DNA of 64,000 bases from an uncultured Actinomycetes bacterium (lineage in GTDB: Bacteria; Actinomycetota; UBA4738; HRBIN12), in assembly GCA_963728735.1 (NCBI GenBank), contig CAVSLX010000013.1, forward strand, positions 79,632 to 143,631. Reading direction: 5' to 3'. A program made the position numbers and the translations under genes. Of the stretch, positions 1-10,213 are shown one piece after another (the stretch's first letter is position 1; every line of letters starts with the position of its first letter). The notes under the pieces are model-generated. The model saw nothing but the letters and a program-made list of their open reading frames with translations. It did not search any database and was not told the origin of the DNA.

Positions 1-284
1 AAGGCGGCGGTACGTTCAGTGGTCGATGTACAACCTCTGCTCGATGAGTGGCGCCTACGAGTGGAAGAGATACGCGGGGAGCGAGCAAGCACGTCCGAGG
101 TCAACACGACGCCATCTGGCTCGTAATCGCTCGGAGCTGGAAGCTCGACACACGCCGATCCCGCTGTTTGCCCTCAGGGTATCGAGGCGACAGGACGCAT
201 GCTCGCGACGTAGATCGGGAGCCGACGACTCAGCGTCGTCGATGCCGTCGGCCGAACGCGGCGGCGCTGAGCCTCCGCCTCAGG

Positions 285-794
285 TCAGTTCATGGGTGCC
301 GGGGGTGGGGGCGGAGGCGGGGGAGGCGCCGACCCCGGCGCGACCGCTGCCGACGGCGCCCGACCGACCGACTGCTTCGACACGACCACGGTTTTCGCCG
401 CCATGTCACCGAGTCGCTGACGCGTCGACGAGTTCCACACGACGATCGCGGCGACGAGGTAGACGAAGAATCCGTCGATGACCCGGAGGAGGTTCCGGAT
501 CACCGCCGCGCCCCACGTCACCTCGGACCCGTCGGCCATCACCACGCGGATCCCGACGAGCAGCTTCCCGAGCGTGGCTCCCATCAGCTTCTCCAGCACG
601 ATGAAGTAGGCGAACGCGACCACCACCATCAGGACGGTGCTCAGTCCTCCGCTGTTGAACTCGATCGAGTTCTCGGTCGTGGTGGTGGTGCCGTCGCCGG
701 TGATGGCGACGATCACGAAGGAGACGAAGAACAAGATGATGGTGTCGACGATGATCGCGATCGCGCGGCGCCCGACGCTGATGTACTCCATGGC
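285..794 (-). CDS. RDD family membrane protein
   Basis: ORF 285..833 minus. Hydrophobic TM helices (IIVDTIILFFVSFVIVAI, TVLMVVVAFAYFIVL) and a poly-Pro C-terminal tail. Start placed at the internal Met (MEYISVG). Confidence 0.6.
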   Translation of the reverse strand, partial: AMEYISVGRRAIAIIVDTIILFFVSFVIVAITGDGTTTTTENSIEFNSGGLSTVLMVVVAFAYFIVLEKLMGATLGKLLVGIRVVMADGSEVTWGAAVIRNLLRVIDGFFVYLVAAIVVWNSSTRQRLGDMAAKTVVVSKQSVGRAPSAAVAPGSAPPPPPPPPPAPMN

Positions 795-890
795 ACTCCC
801 CCTCACCGGTTGCTGTCCGCAGCCTATGCCCACCGAGGGCCTGCAGGAAGCCTCGAGCCCTCCGAACCTCTGGCTCGCGCCGAGGCACCC

Positions 891-1700
891 TCAGACGGCG
901 CGGCGGTAGAGGCGAACCGCCAGCACGCCGAACACCGCGAGGATCCCGACGTCCCAGGCGAGCGCCTGCAGGACGTAGCTGGACGCCGGACCGCCGATGG
1001 TGAGCGCCCGAACCGCCGTGGCGGTGAGTGACACCGGCTGGTGCTCGGCGAACACCTGGAGCCAGCTCGGCATTGTCTCGAGCGGCACGAACGCCGTCGA
1101 GGCGAACACGAGGGGCGCGAGCACGGGGAAGGCCGCGGCCTGCGCCGTCTCGGGATCGCCCACCGCCAGGCCGACCGTGGCGAAGATCCACGACAAGGCG
1201 TAGCCGAACACGAGCACGAGGAGGGCGCCGCCGAGCAGCCCGAGCATGTCGGTGTGGATCCGCCACCCGACGAGGAAGCCGACCACCATCATCAGGATCA
1301 CGACGAGGACGTTGCGAGACAGATCCGCGAGCGTCCTGCCAGTGAGGACCGCCGAGCGCGCCATCGGCAGCGCGTGGAACCGCTCCATCAGTCCGCTCTT
1401 CATGTCGGCGGCCAACCCGATCGCCGTGGCGATCGCCCCGAACACCACGGTCTGCACGAAGATGCCGGGCATCAGGTAGTCGACGTAGGGAACGCCTCCC
1501 CGATCACCGATCGCTCCGCCGAACACGTAGCGGAACATCAGCACGAAGATCACGGGCTGGATCGTCGAGAACACGAGCAGCTGGGGCACGCGCATGTACG
1601 CGATCAGGTTCCGCCAGGCGACGGCCTTCGTGTCGCGAACCACGCCGAACGGGATCCTTCGGTCGCGGTCGTCGTCGACGCTCGTTGTTGTCGAGGTCAT
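891..1700 (-). CDS. ABC-2 type transporter permease
   Basis: C-terminal 270 aa of ORF 891..2150: six hydrophobic helices, ABC-2 family-like. The start ATG (MTSTTTSV) overlaps the stop of the upstream ATPase (ATGA). Confidence 0.8.
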   Translation of the reverse strand: MTSTTTSVDDDRDRRIPFGVVRDTKAVAWRNLIAYMRVPQLLVFSTIQPVIFVLMFRYVFGGAIGDRGGVPYVDYLMPGIFVQTVVFGAIATAIGLAADMKSGLMERFHALPMARSAVLTGRTLADLSRNVLVVILMMVVGFLVGWRIHTDMLGLLGGALLVLVFGYALSWIFATVGLAVGDPETAQAAAFPVLAPLVFASTAFVPLETMPSWLQVFAEHQPVSLTATAVRALTIGGPASSYVLQALAWDVGILAVFGVLAVRLYRRAV

Positions 1701-2674
1701 CGGCCACCTACCGGCTCGGTGGCTCCCTCGGTTGCCACCTCGGCGCGGTGCCCGGTGAGGGAGAGGAAGACGTCGTCCATGCTCGGCTCGCGAACCGTCA
1801 AGGTGGCGGGTTCGATCCGCTCGGTGTCGAGGCTGCGCAGGACCTCGACGAGCACGTGGGTGCCTCGGTCCGAGGTGATCCTGAGCAGGGCCTGCTCGCG
1901 CTCCACGCGCCCGGACGCAAGCCCGTCGAGCAGGCCGAGCGCCCGGGTCGCGAGCTCGTCGCTCCCGAAGCCCATCTCGATCACCGTGCTCCCCAGCCGC
2001 CCCTTGAGGTTGCCCGGCGTGTCGTTCGCGATCACGCGCCCGTGATCGATCACGGCGATGCGCTGCGCGAGCAGGTCGGCCTCCTCGAGGTATTGCGTCG
2101 TGAGCAGCACGGTCGTGCCGTCGCGGACCAGCTCGCGGATCATGTCCCACAGCTCGCCTCGGCTCGGCAGGTCGAGCCCCGTCGTGGGCTCGTCGAGGAA
2201 CAGGACCGGTGGGGTCTGCACGAGCGACGCGGCGACGTCGAGGCGGCGGCGCATGCCGCCCGAGTAGGTGCGCGCCGTACGGTGGGCCGCGTCGCCCAGC
2301 TGGAACCGCTCGAGCAGCTCGTCGGCGCGCGGCGAGATCCGCGCGCGCGGCAACTGCGCCAGCAGGCCGATCAGCCGCAGGTTCTCGTGGCCGGTGAGGT
2401 TCGGATCGATCGCCGCGTACTGCCCGGCCAGGCCGATCCGGCGCCGCACCGCGTCAGGCTCGGTGGCCACGTCGTGGCCGAGCACCTCGGCGCGGCCACC
2501 ATCGGCGTGGAGCACGGTGGCGAGGATGCGGACGGCGGTGGTCTTGCCGGCACCGTTGGGGCCGAGCAAGCCGAACACCGAGCCCTCGGGAACCTCGAAG
2601 TCGACGCCGTCGAGCGCCGCCACCTCTCCGTAGCGCTTGCGCAGGCCCTCGACGAGCACGGCTGGGGCGGTCAC
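1697..2674 (-). CDS. ABC transporter ATP-binding protein (DrrA-like)
   Basis: Walker A GPNGAGKTT, signature YSGGMRRRL and Walker B LFLDEPTTGLD are all present. GTG start at VTAPAVLVEGLRKRYG; the ATG at 2758 is an alternative start. Confidence 0.85.
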   Translation of the reverse strand: MTAPAVLVEGLRKRYGEVAALDGVDFEVPEGSVFGLLGPNGAGKTTAVRILATVLHADGGRAEVLGHDVATEPDAVRRRIGLAGQYAAIDPNLTGHENLRLIGLLAQLPRARISPRADELLERFQLGDAAHRTARTYSGGMRRRLDVAASLVQTPPVLFLDEPTTGLDLPSRGELWDMIRELVRDGTTVLLTTQYLEEADLLAQRIAVIDHGRVIANDTPGNLKGRLGSTVIEMGFGSDELATRALGLLDGLASGRVEREQALLRITSDRGTHVLVEVLRSLDTERIEPATLTVREPSMDDVFLSLTGHRAEVATEGATEPVGGR

Positions 2675-2796
2675 CGCTCCACGCTCCCACAGGTGTTCGA
2701 GGACGTCATTTCGGCAGGTACCAACTCGCCCGCACCCCGTACGCTCGTTCCCGAGCACCGCTTCTCGAGCGACCTTCGATCGGCGAGGAGGATCCC

Positions 2797-3237
2797 GTGG
2801 ACCAACGACTCACGCTCGTCACGCTCGGCGTCGCCGACGTCGGGCGGGCGCGCAGCTTCTACGAACATCTCGGCTGGCACGTTGGCCTCGACGTCGAGGA
2901 GACCGTGTTCTTCCAGGCCGGGTGCATGGTCGTGTCGCTCTGGAGCAGGGCGAAGCTCGCCGAGGACGGCGGCCTCACCGACCCCGGCGGTTGGGGTGGC
3001 GTCACCCTGGCGCACAACGTGGGCTCGACCGCCGACGTCGACCGCGTGATCGAGGAGGCACGCGCCGCCGGCGCCCGCATCGGCCGCGAGCCCGGCGAGA
3101 CGTCGTGGGGCGGCTACACCGGCGTCTTCGTCGACCCCGACGGCCACCCCTGGGAGGTCGCGTACAACCCCGGGTTCCCCCTCGGAGCTGACGACTCGAT
3201 CAGGCTGCCGGCGGCCGGCCCTTCCTCCCATGGATGA
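2797..3237 (+). CDS. VOC family (glyoxalase/bleomycin resistance) protein
   Basis: 146 aa with motifs typical of glyoxalase-fold proteins (LGVADVGRARSFYEHLGW..., GVFVDPDGHPWEV). Confidence 0.85.
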   Translation: MDQRLTLVTLGVADVGRARSFYEHLGWHVGLDVEETVFFQAGCMVVSLWSRAKLAEDGGLTDPGGWGGVTLAHNVGSTADVDRVIEEARAAGARIGREPGETSWGGYTGVFVDPDGHPWEVAYNPGFPLGADDSIRLPAAGPSSHG

Positions 3238-3268
3238 CAAGAAGAACGATCAGCTCTTCCTTATGGAG

Positions 3269-4675
3269 TCACGCCGACCTGCCCTGCGTTCGCGCGCCGG
3301 CTCCGGCTTCTGTCGAGGGAGGGATGTTCTGGTTCAGCCGGAACAGGTTCGTCGGGTCGTACTCGGCCTTGATCCGCGCGAGCCGCTCGAAGGTCGCCGC
3401 CGGATACGCATCGCGCACGCGCCCCTCGCCCTCGTCGACGAGGAAGTTCACGTAGGCGGCCGGATCGCCCTGGCCGAGAGCGGCGGCGAGCTCCGCGACC
3501 CACACCTCGGTCGCCGGGCGCTGCCCCTCGTCGTCGATGAACGCGGCGACGTTGACCATGATCCGCTGGTTCCGGTGCGCGAACGCGGTGGCCTCGACGG
3601 GCACCCGCGCCATCGCCCCGCCGAGCACCCGGAACTGCGCGACCCGGAGTGACGCCGTCGAGGACTCGAGGTGCTCGAGGATCGTCTCGGCTTCGGCGCG
3701 CCCGATCGTGTCGACGAACCCCGTGTGGCTCGCGGCCACCGGGTGATACTCCTCCTCGTCGGGCGGGTACATCTCCGGATACGGCATCGGACGCAGCATG
3801 TCGGCGAGTGGCGTCGCGAGCGCCCGGAACGGCGCCACCGCGCGCTCGCCGGCCTCGACGTCGCCCGCGTAGACCATCATCGCCATCACCATCGGGGCGC
3901 CTTGCGCCTCGTCGGGAAGGAACGGCATGGGTGGCGCGACCATCACGTTCGCGATCGTCGAGAGCTCCTCGGGCGCGGCCTCGGCCTCGGCGATGAACCC
4001 GGCGACCACGTCGGGCGTCGCCGGGAGGAACAGCATGCCGCCGACCACCGTGCCGACCTCGTGCAGCCGGAACCGGAACCGCGTCGCCACGCCGAAGTTG
4101 CCGCCGCCGCCGCGGATCGCCCAGAACAGGTCCGGCTCGTGCGCCTCGTCGACCAGCCGGATCCGGCCGTCCGCCGTGACGACCTCGGCGGCGAGCAGAT
4201 CGTCGATCGTCATGCCGTGCTTGCGCGCCAGGAACCCGACGCCGCCGCCGAGCGTGATCCCGCCGATCCCGACCGAGCCGGTGTCGCCGAATCCGGTCGC
4301 CAGGCCGTGGGCGCCGGCCGCGGTCGTGTACTCGGCAGCGGTGAGGCCCGTCTCGGCCCAGGCCGTCCGACCCGCGACGTCGATCTCCAGCTCGCGCATG
4401 TCGCGGAGATCGAGCACGATCCCGCCCTCGGACGTGCAGTGGCCCGCGCCGCTGTGGCCGCCGCTCCGCACGGCGAGCTCGACGCCGGTGTCACGGGCGA
4501 AGGACACGACCGAGGCGACGTCGGCGGCGTGGGCGACCCGTGCGACGGCCGCCGGGTGCCGGTCGACGTCGCCGACGAAGACGCTGCGTGCCTCGTCGTA
4601 GTCGGGATCACCCGGAACGATGACCCGACCGTCGAGGTCGGATCGCAGCTTCGCGATCTCGTCGGTGAGATCCAT
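3269..4675 (-). CDS. FAD-binding oxidoreductase (PCMH-type FAD_binding_4 / BBE-like)
   Basis: Has RSGGHS and GIGGITLGGG motifs and a berberine-bridge-like C-terminus (YDPTNLFRLNQNI). Start at MDLTDEIAKL; the upstream part of ORF 3269..4747 is Arg/Gly-rich junk. Confidence 0.85.
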   Translation of the reverse strand: MDLTDEIAKLRSDLDGRVIVPGDPDYDEARSVFVGDVDRHPAAVARVAHAADVASVVSFARDTGVELAVRSGGHSGAGHCTSEGGIVLDLRDMRELEIDVAGRTAWAETGLTAAEYTTAAGAHGLATGFGDTGSVGIGGITLGGGVGFLARKHGMTIDDLLAAEVVTADGRIRLVDEAHEPDLFWAIRGGGGNFGVATRFRFRLHEVGTVVGGMLFLPATPDVVAGFIAEAEAAPEELSTIANVMVAPPMPFLPDEAQGAPMVMAMMVYAGDVEAGERAVAPFRALATPLADMLRPMPYPEMYPPDEEEYHPVAASHTGFVDTIGRAEAETILEHLESSTASLRVAQFRVLGGAMARVPVEATAFAHRNQRIMVNVAAFIDDEGQRPATEVWVAELAAALGQGDPAAYVNFLVDEGEGRVRDAYPAATFERLARIKAEYDPTNLFRLNQNIPPSTEAGAGARTQGRSA

Positions 4676-4855
4676 CGCTACGCCCCCGCCGGGATGAAGA
4701 GCTCCGCCACGATCGTCCGCATGTCGTCCTCCTCGGTGAGCGTTCAACGGTACGACGTGCGGGAGCCACGCAACTCATCGGTCCAGGACGCCGACTTTGC
4801 GCGGCGAAGGAGGCGGGATTACCCTGACCTTTCGAACAGAAGGGGGAAACACGCT

Positions 4856-5218
4856 ATGGGCAAGGTGGAAGCGCGAAGCATCGACAAGCCCGACGAGACC
4901 CGCACGTTCCCCAACGGCATGGTCGAGATGATCACCGTTGCGGGGACCATGGTCACGCGAACGAGGTTCGAGCCGGGGTGGCGGTGGGCGAACGACGTCA
5001 AGCCGATCGCCCAGACCGACAAGTGCATGTTCCTCCACCAGGGCTACTGCATCTCGGGGTCGGCGATCATCCAGGCCGACGACGGCTCGGAGACGACGGT
5101 CTCGTCCGGCGACGTCTACGTGATCGAGCCTGGCCACGAGGCATGGGTGACCAGCGACGAACCGTGGATCACGGTCGACTTCTCCCAGGAGAGCGCCGAC
5201 TACGGCAAACCGCGATAG
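4856..5218 (+). CDS. cupin domain protein
   Basis: C-terminal 120 aa of ORF 3671..5218 (MGKVEARSIDKPDETRTFPNG...GDVYVIEPGHEAWV), a cupin fold. The upstream portion of the ORF is out-of-frame junk. Confidence 0.8.
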   Translation: MGKVEARSIDKPDETRTFPNGMVEMITVAGTMVTRTRFEPGWRWANDVKPIAQTDKCMFLHQGYCISGSAIIQADDGSETTVSSGDVYVIEPGHEAWVTSDEPWITVDFSQESADYGKPR

Positions 5219-5333
5219 CGGCACCTCGCGGCTGGCCTGAGTTACTCCGAGCCGGAAAATCCCAGCGAAGGGCCTTGACGGATCGTCGGCGGCGCCTGTA
5301 TAACCAATCCATTCTAGAAAGGTTCGGTTATCC

Positions 5334-5705
5334 ATGCAGCTCGCTCAGCTCGATGCCGTGTTCGGGGCGCTGGCCGACCCCACGCGCCGGGCGATCCTGA
5401 CGCGGCTCACGCAGGGGGAGGCGTCGGTCGCCGAGCTCGTGGCGCCGTTCACGATCTCCCAGCCGGCGATCTCGCGGCACCTGCGGGTCCTCGAGCGAGC
5501 CGGGCTCGTCTCCCGCAGTCGCCGGGGAACCGCCCGCCTCAGCCACCTCGAGGCCGAGCCGCTCAAGGAGGCGGTCACGTGGCTCGCCAGCTACCGCGAC
5601 TATTGGGAGGAGAGCTACGAGCGGCTCGACGGATTACTGGCCGCGCTCCAAGCACGCGACACCGACCGATCCGGCACCGACGAACACGAAGGGAGCACGT
5701 CATGA
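5334..5705 (+). CDS. ArsR family transcriptional regulator
   Basis: HTH_5 pattern LADPTRRAILTRL...ASVAELVAPFTISQPAISRHLRVLERAGLV. Confidence 0.9.
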   Translation: MQLAQLDAVFGALADPTRRAILTRLTQGEASVAELVAPFTISQPAISRHLRVLERAGLVSRSRRGTARLSHLEAEPLKEAVTWLASYRDYWEESYERLDGLLAALQARDTDRSGTDEHEGSTS

Positions 5706-6184
5706 GCACGACGAAGGTCAACGCAGAGCCCGGCAGCCACTCGGTCGAGATGACGAGGGAGTTCGAAGCGCCGCGCGACCTCCTCTTCAAGGCGTTCACC
5801 GATCCGGAGCTCTTGGTGCAATGGCTCGGGCCGCGCAAGTACGTGATGGAGATCGACCGCTACGAGGTTCGCGACGGCGGCTCATGGCGCTACGTCCACC
5901 GCGACGACGCCGGCAACGAGTTCGGGTTCCATGGTGTGTTCCACGGCACGCCGACCGCCGACGGCATGGTGCAGACCTTCGAGTTCGAGGGCTATCCCGG
6001 TCACGTGTCGCTCGACACGGCCAGCTTCGAGGAGCGAGGCGGCAAGACGGTGGTGCACATGACCTCCGTCTTCCAGTCGGTGGCGGACCGCGACGGCATG
6101 CTCGAGTCGGGCATGGAGTCGGGCGTGAACGAGGGCTTCGAGCGTCTCGAGGAGCTGCTCGCGAAGCAGATCGCGAACAGCTGA
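5702..6184 (+). CDS. SRPBCC / Aha1-like (activator of Hsp90 ATPase homolog) domain protein
   Basis: Start MSTTKVNAE overlaps the ArsR stop (ATGA). Typical ArsR-Aha1 pair. REFEAPRDLLFKAFTDPELLVQWLGP motif. Confidence 0.85.
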   Translation: MSTTKVNAEPGSHSVEMTREFEAPRDLLFKAFTDPELLVQWLGPRKYVMEIDRYEVRDGGSWRYVHRDDAGNEFGFHGVFHGTPTADGMVQTFEFEGYPGHVSLDTASFEERGGKTVVHMTSVFQSVADRDGMLESGMESGVNEGFERLEELLAKQIANS

Positions 6185-6210
6185 CCCAGACCGAGAGGAG
6201 CGATGGACCG

Positions 6211-6615
6211 ATGGACATGAAGCTCGAGGTGGTGGTGGTTCCCGTGTCCGACGTGGACCGGGCGAAGGAGTTCTACGCCGAGAAGTGCGGCTTCAACGTG
6301 GACGTCGACGACACGCCGAACCCGGCGTTCCGGATCGTGCAGCTGACCCCGCCGGGGTCGGGCTGTTCGGTCACGATCGGCACCGGGCTCGCTCACATGG
6401 AGCCCGGGTCGCTCAACGGCTTGCAGCTCACCGTCGACGACGTCGAGAAAGCCCGCACCGAGCTCACCGAGCGCGGCGTCGACGTCAGCCCGGTCCGCCA
6501 CGTCGACACCGAGAAGGGCGAGTGGGTCGACGGACCCGGCGGCCCGTGGAACTCGTTCGTGTTCTTCAACGACCCCGACGGCAACGGATGGACCATCCAG
6601 GAGAAGCCGGCCTAA
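6211..6615 (+). CDS. VOC family (glyoxalase) protein
   Basis: MDMKLEVVVVPVSDVDRAKEFYAEKCGF...FFNDPDGNGWTIQE. GAGGAG Shine-Dalgarno 10 nt upstream of the ATG. Confidence 0.85.
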   Translation: MDMKLEVVVVPVSDVDRAKEFYAEKCGFNVDVDDTPNPAFRIVQLTPPGSGCSVTIGTGLAHMEPGSLNGLQLTVDDVEKARTELTERGVDVSPVRHVDTEKGEWVDGPGGPWNSFVFFNDPDGNGWTIQEKPA

Positions 6616-6678
6616 CGCGGCAACGATCCAGCTGCGGGGGGACGTAACGAACCCCGCCCGTCCTTCGTTCATGCTGCG

Positions 6679-7212
6679 ATGGTGATCGAAGGCGAGGTCG
6701 TGACGCGCGATGTGCTCGAAGGACCGGCCGACCGGAGGCCGGCGACCTTCGAGGAGCTCTTCCACGGCGAGCGCATCCGGCTGTTCGGGGCCCTTTGCCT
6801 GCTCACGGGCGATCGGCACGAGGCCGAGGATCTCGTCCAGGACGCGTTCGTCCGTGTGTACGAGCGCTGGAGCCACGTCGGTTCGCTCGATGACCCCGTG
6901 GGCTACCTCTACCGCACGGCGATGAACGGCTTCCGGAGCCATTACCGACGATCGGTGATGGCGATGCGGCGCCAGCTGCCGCCGCGGCAACGCGCCGACG
7001 AGATGGCAGGCGTCGAACGGCACGCCGATCTGATGCACCGGCTCGGTCGCCTCACCACGAAGGAGCGCGCGGCGCTCGTGCTGCTCGATCTCCTCGACCT
7101 GTCGTCCGACGACGCGGGCGACCTCCTCAAGATGAGCCCCGGCGCGGTCCGCACGCAAGCCTCGCGGGCGCGCGCCCGGCTCCGACGCATGACAGGTGAT
7201 GACGATGCATGA
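6679..7212 (+). CDS. RNA polymerase sigma-70 factor, ECF subfamily
   Basis: Region 2 (DLVQDAFVRVYERW) and region 4 (LLDLLDLSSDDAGDLLKMSPGAVRTQASRARARL) motifs. Confidence 0.85.
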   Translation: MVIEGEVVTRDVLEGPADRRPATFEELFHGERIRLFGALCLLTGDRHEAEDLVQDAFVRVYERWSHVGSLDDPVGYLYRTAMNGFRSHYRRSVMAMRRQLPPRQRADEMAGVERHADLMHRLGRLTTKERAALVLLDLLDLSSDDAGDLLKMSPGAVRTQASRARARLRRMTGDDDA

Positions 7213-8413
7213 GGTGAAGGAAGAACTGCGCGGGATCGTCGGAGACTTCGGCGCACCGGAGGTCGAGCTCACGACGGTCGTACGGCGCGCCGAGCGTCGC
7301 GCGCTCAGGCGTCGCGTTTCCGCGGGCATCACCGCCGCCGGGATCGTGATGATCTCGGGGGTGTTCCTCGTGCGAGCGTTCGACGGCGACGGTCCTGCCC
7401 TCGTCGGGTCGGGAGGGGTGCCGGGCATCGAGAACGGGCCGATCGCCTTCTCGACCGGGGGGCCACAAGGCGGTACGGCGGAGGGATTCGGGATCGGCAT
7501 CGTCGACCCGAGGAGCGGCGAGTCGGCGACACTCGACGGCTTCCTGAACGCGGGAGCGTGGACGGCTGACGGCTCACGACTCGTGTTCGTTCGTGACCCG
7601 GTCGGGGGTCCGGCCGGTGACATGAGCATCTGGACGGCGCGGAGCGATGGCACCGACCTCCAGCAACTGACCGATGGGGAGGGCGGCGACTACGGGCCGC
7701 GCTGGTCGCCCGACGGAACACGCATCCTCTTCTTCCGCAACGGAACCGGCGGGACGCCGTCGCTGATGGTCATGGACGCCGACGGCAGCGGTGCCCACCC
7801 GATCGCGGGCTCCGGCGAACAGGCGTTCTTCACAGCGGCCTGGTCGCCCGACGGCTCGCGGATCCTCACGGTTCGAGATGAGTACTCGCGCAGCAGGGAG
7901 GGCAACCCCCTCTGGCTCGCGGTGACGGACGCCGACGGCTCGAACGAGCAGGTGCTGGTCCGCGACTACCTGAACCAGCCGACGTGGTCCCCCGACGGAT
8001 CCGAGATCTACTTCGCCGCGCACGGGGCGGTGCAAGCGGTCGACGTCGTGGGTGGCGACGTGCGGTCGGTCCTGTCGGGGATGGATCCCCAGGGCCTGAG
8101 CCTGTTCGCCGTGTCCCCGGACGGGACGAACCTCTTGTTCACGCAGCCGATCGACTTCGAGCGGGGCGAAGAGCTCTGGGTGGCGGGCACCGACGGGAGC
8201 GACCCCCGCCTCGTTGCCGAGGGTCTGCACTGGCGCGAGCCCGAGCCCACGTGGTCGCCCGACGGCACCGCGATCGCGTTCATCCGTGACGGCGACATCT
8301 GGACGGTCGATCTCACGACGGGTGAAGAAACGCAGGTCGTCGGGTCACCCGATCACGAGACCCTCCCGGCGTGGGGCTCGGCGGCGCAGCTGGAGGGCTT
8401 GACAGCTCCATAG
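7196..8413 (+). CDS. anti-sigma factor with TolB-like beta-propeller (PD40/WD40-like repeats)
   Basis: Overlaps the sigma factor stop. One TM segment (ITAAGIVMISGVFLV) is followed by repeated WSPDG(T/S)RI blocks. Confidence 0.75.
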   Translation: MMTMHEVKEELRGIVGDFGAPEVELTTVVRRAERRALRRRVSAGITAAGIVMISGVFLVRAFDGDGPALVGSGGVPGIENGPIAFSTGGPQGGTAEGFGIGIVDPRSGESATLDGFLNAGAWTADGSRLVFVRDPVGGPAGDMSIWTARSDGTDLQQLTDGEGGDYGPRWSPDGTRILFFRNGTGGTPSLMVMDADGSGAHPIAGSGEQAFFTAAWSPDGSRILTVRDEYSRSREGNPLWLAVTDADGSNEQVLVRDYLNQPTWSPDGSEIYFAAHGAVQAVDVVGGDVRSVLSGMDPQGLSLFAVSPDGTNLLFTQPIDFERGEELWVAGTDGSDPRLVAEGLHWREPEPTWSPDGTAIAFIRDGDIWTVDLTTGEETQVVGSPDHETLPAWGSAAQLEGLTAP

Positions 8414-8414
8414 C

Positions 8415-8615
8415 TTGCCCGACGACGCCCGCCGGGCGCGCGTCCTGCTCACCGAGCGAGCGCGCGAGCTCGAGGACCCTCTTGTAGCTGCGGCCCGTGC
8501 GGTGAACCGATCCGCGACCCGTGGCATCGCCCGCGACGAGGTGAAGGACTTCATGCGCACCCTCTCGACGATCGTCGCCAACCTCGAGGGATCGAGCCTG
8601 CTCCCCACGGCGTAG
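8415..8615 (+). CDS. hypothetical small protein (TTG start)
   Basis: 66-aa ORF with strong third-position GC bias. No recognisable domain and only a TTG start. Confidence 0.25.
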   Translation: MPDDARRARVLLTERARELEDPLVAAARAVNRSATRGIARDEVKDFMRTLSTIVANLEGSSLLPTA

Positions 8616-8699
8616 CCCTGAGGGCTGAAACGAGGCCGGGTAGGTTGGAGCCGAGGTGGAGATGGATCCACGGGGGCGAACGAGGAGGAGGGACGCCGG

Positions 8700-9077
8700 A
8701 TGCTGAGGGACATCGACGCGACCGCGATGCTGGCGGTGAAGGACGTCGGGACCGCGAAGAAGTTCTATGAAGAGGCCCTCGGGTTCGAACCCATCGAGAT
8801 CGGCATCGAGGGGATGGTCCGCTACGAGAGCGGTAGCGCGTCGATCCTGGTGTACGAGTCCGAGTACGCGGGCACCAACAAGGCGAACGCGCTGGCGTGG
8901 TCGGTCGGCGACCGGTTCGATGCGATCGTGGGCGACATCCGAGCGAAGGGCGTGACGTTCGAGCACTACGACCTGCCGGGCCTCACGCGCGAGGGCGACG
9001 TGCACGTCGCAGAGAACTTCAAGGGCGTGTGGTTCAAGGACCCCGACGGCAACATCCTGCACATCAACGGCCGATAG
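8700..9077 (+). CDS. VOC family (glyoxalase) protein
   Basis: MLRDIDATAMLAVKDVGTAKKFYEEALGF...WFKDPDGNILHI. Confidence 0.85.
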   Translation: MLRDIDATAMLAVKDVGTAKKFYEEALGFEPIEIGIEGMVRYESGSASILVYESEYAGTNKANALAWSVGDRFDAIVGDIRAKGVTFEHYDLPGLTREGDVHVAENFKGVWFKDPDGNILHINGR

Positions 9078-9096
9078 GCGGCCGGCAAGGAGGGGC

Positions 9097-9882
9097 CTAC
9101 GAGAGCGCCGCCTCGAGGGCGGCCATGTTCGCCTCGAGCCACTCGCGGCGCCGCCGGGCTCGCCCTTCGCCTCCTTGCCGCGCGAGCATCTCGATGAACG
9201 CCTGCTCCCCCGCCGCCGCGCGGTTCTCGACGAGCGAGATCGACAGCCGATCCACGAAAATGCCGGGGACCTGCGCACGCTGCACCCCGTCGAGTCCGTA
9301 CGCGTCGGCGATCAGCCGGGCCCGTCGGAACGGATCGAGCCCCTCCGTCCCGGGAACGGGGTCCGACGGATCGTGCACCGGTCCCCACATCGCCATCAGG
9401 GCGGCCACGTCCCACAACGCTCGCCCCGGCGCGGCGAAGTCCCAGTCGAGGAACGCGACGGCGTCGCCCTCGCGGAACACGACGTTCTCCGGGCAGATGT
9501 CGTTGTGTCCCACGACGGTTCCGCCATGTGGGTCAGCCAGCTCGTCGCTCCACGCGAGAGGCGCCGGATCGAAGGAGGCGACCGCGTCGTGGAACCGCCG
9601 CTGCAGGCGCCCCACGCTCGCGAGCGCCTCGTCGCTCATCGACCACGGCGGGAAGGGCGGGATCGGCACGTCGCCCTCCACGAAGGAGAGCACCTCGCGC
9701 CCTCGCTCGTCGATACCGAGCGGGCGCGGCACGTGCTCGAACCCTGATCCGCGCAAGTGCTCGAGCAACGCGAAGATCGAATCGGTGAACGGGCTCGACG
9801 GCCGTCGCACCGTGTCCCCGACGCGCACGACGGCCCCCTCGTGCGCGATCCCCCCGGCGAGCGGTTCCTCGTGCTCATTCAC
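9097..9882 (-). CDS. aminoglycoside/phosphotransferase (APH) family protein
   Basis: Brenner motif GHNDICPENVVF and the DWDFAAPG motif. Confidence 0.85.
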   Translation of the reverse strand: MNEHEEPLAGGIAHEGAVVRVGDTVRRPSSPFTDSIFALLEHLRGSGFEHVPRPLGIDERGREVLSFVEGDVPIPPFPPWSMSDEALASVGRLQRRFHDAVASFDPAPLAWSDELADPHGGTVVGHNDICPENVVFREGDAVAFLDWDFAAPGRALWDVAALMAMWGPVHDPSDPVPGTEGLDPFRRARLIADAYGLDGVQRAQVPGIFVDRLSISLVENRAAAGEQAFIEMLARQGGEGRARRRREWLEANMAALEAALS

Positions 9883-9973
9883 GGGGTGGATGGTGGTCGG
9901 CGAGGTGACTCGTCCTCCGTTCGAGGCTTCAGGAGACGTCGATCCAACGGCCTCTTCACGTGCGGCACACCGG

Positions 9974-10198
9974 TCAACGGCCGGCCAGATCGGCCGGATG
10001 CTCGATGAGCGCGACGACTCTCGACGCCATGAACCGGGCCGTCCGCACCGTTGTGCCGCCTCGCGTCACCTCGGCGACCTCGACGACGGTGCGCCCGGTC
10101 GTCACTTCGATCCGACGACCGGCGCGCCGCGCCAGAATCTCGAATGTCTGGACGCCGTTGCCGACGTCTACGGTCACCTCGACGCGGTCCCCACGCAC
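9974..10198 (-). CDS. hypothetical small protein
   Basis: 74-aa ORF between the APH gene and the cyclase gene. Mixed, protein-like composition. No domain assignment. Confidence 0.25.
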   Translation of the reverse strand: MRGDRVEVTVDVGNGVQTFEILARRAGRRIEVTTGRTVVEVAEVTRGGTTVRTARFMASRVVALIEHPADLAGR

Positions 10199-10213
10199 GT
10201 CAGCATCGTAGTC

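Noticed and set aside
48-1266. Long ORFs 48..1031(+), 406..1266(-) and 26..481(+) at the window start
   Set aside because: Arg/Ala/Gly/Pro-rich low-complexity translations. They overlap, in other frames, the well-supported RDD and ABC-2 genes. This is a typical high-GC artefact.
6001-7653. 550-aa minus-strand ORF antisense to the VOC, sigma and anti-sigma genes
   Set aside because: No domain-like motifs and an extreme Arg/Pro/Ser bias. The opposite-strand genes have clear motifs and operon structure.
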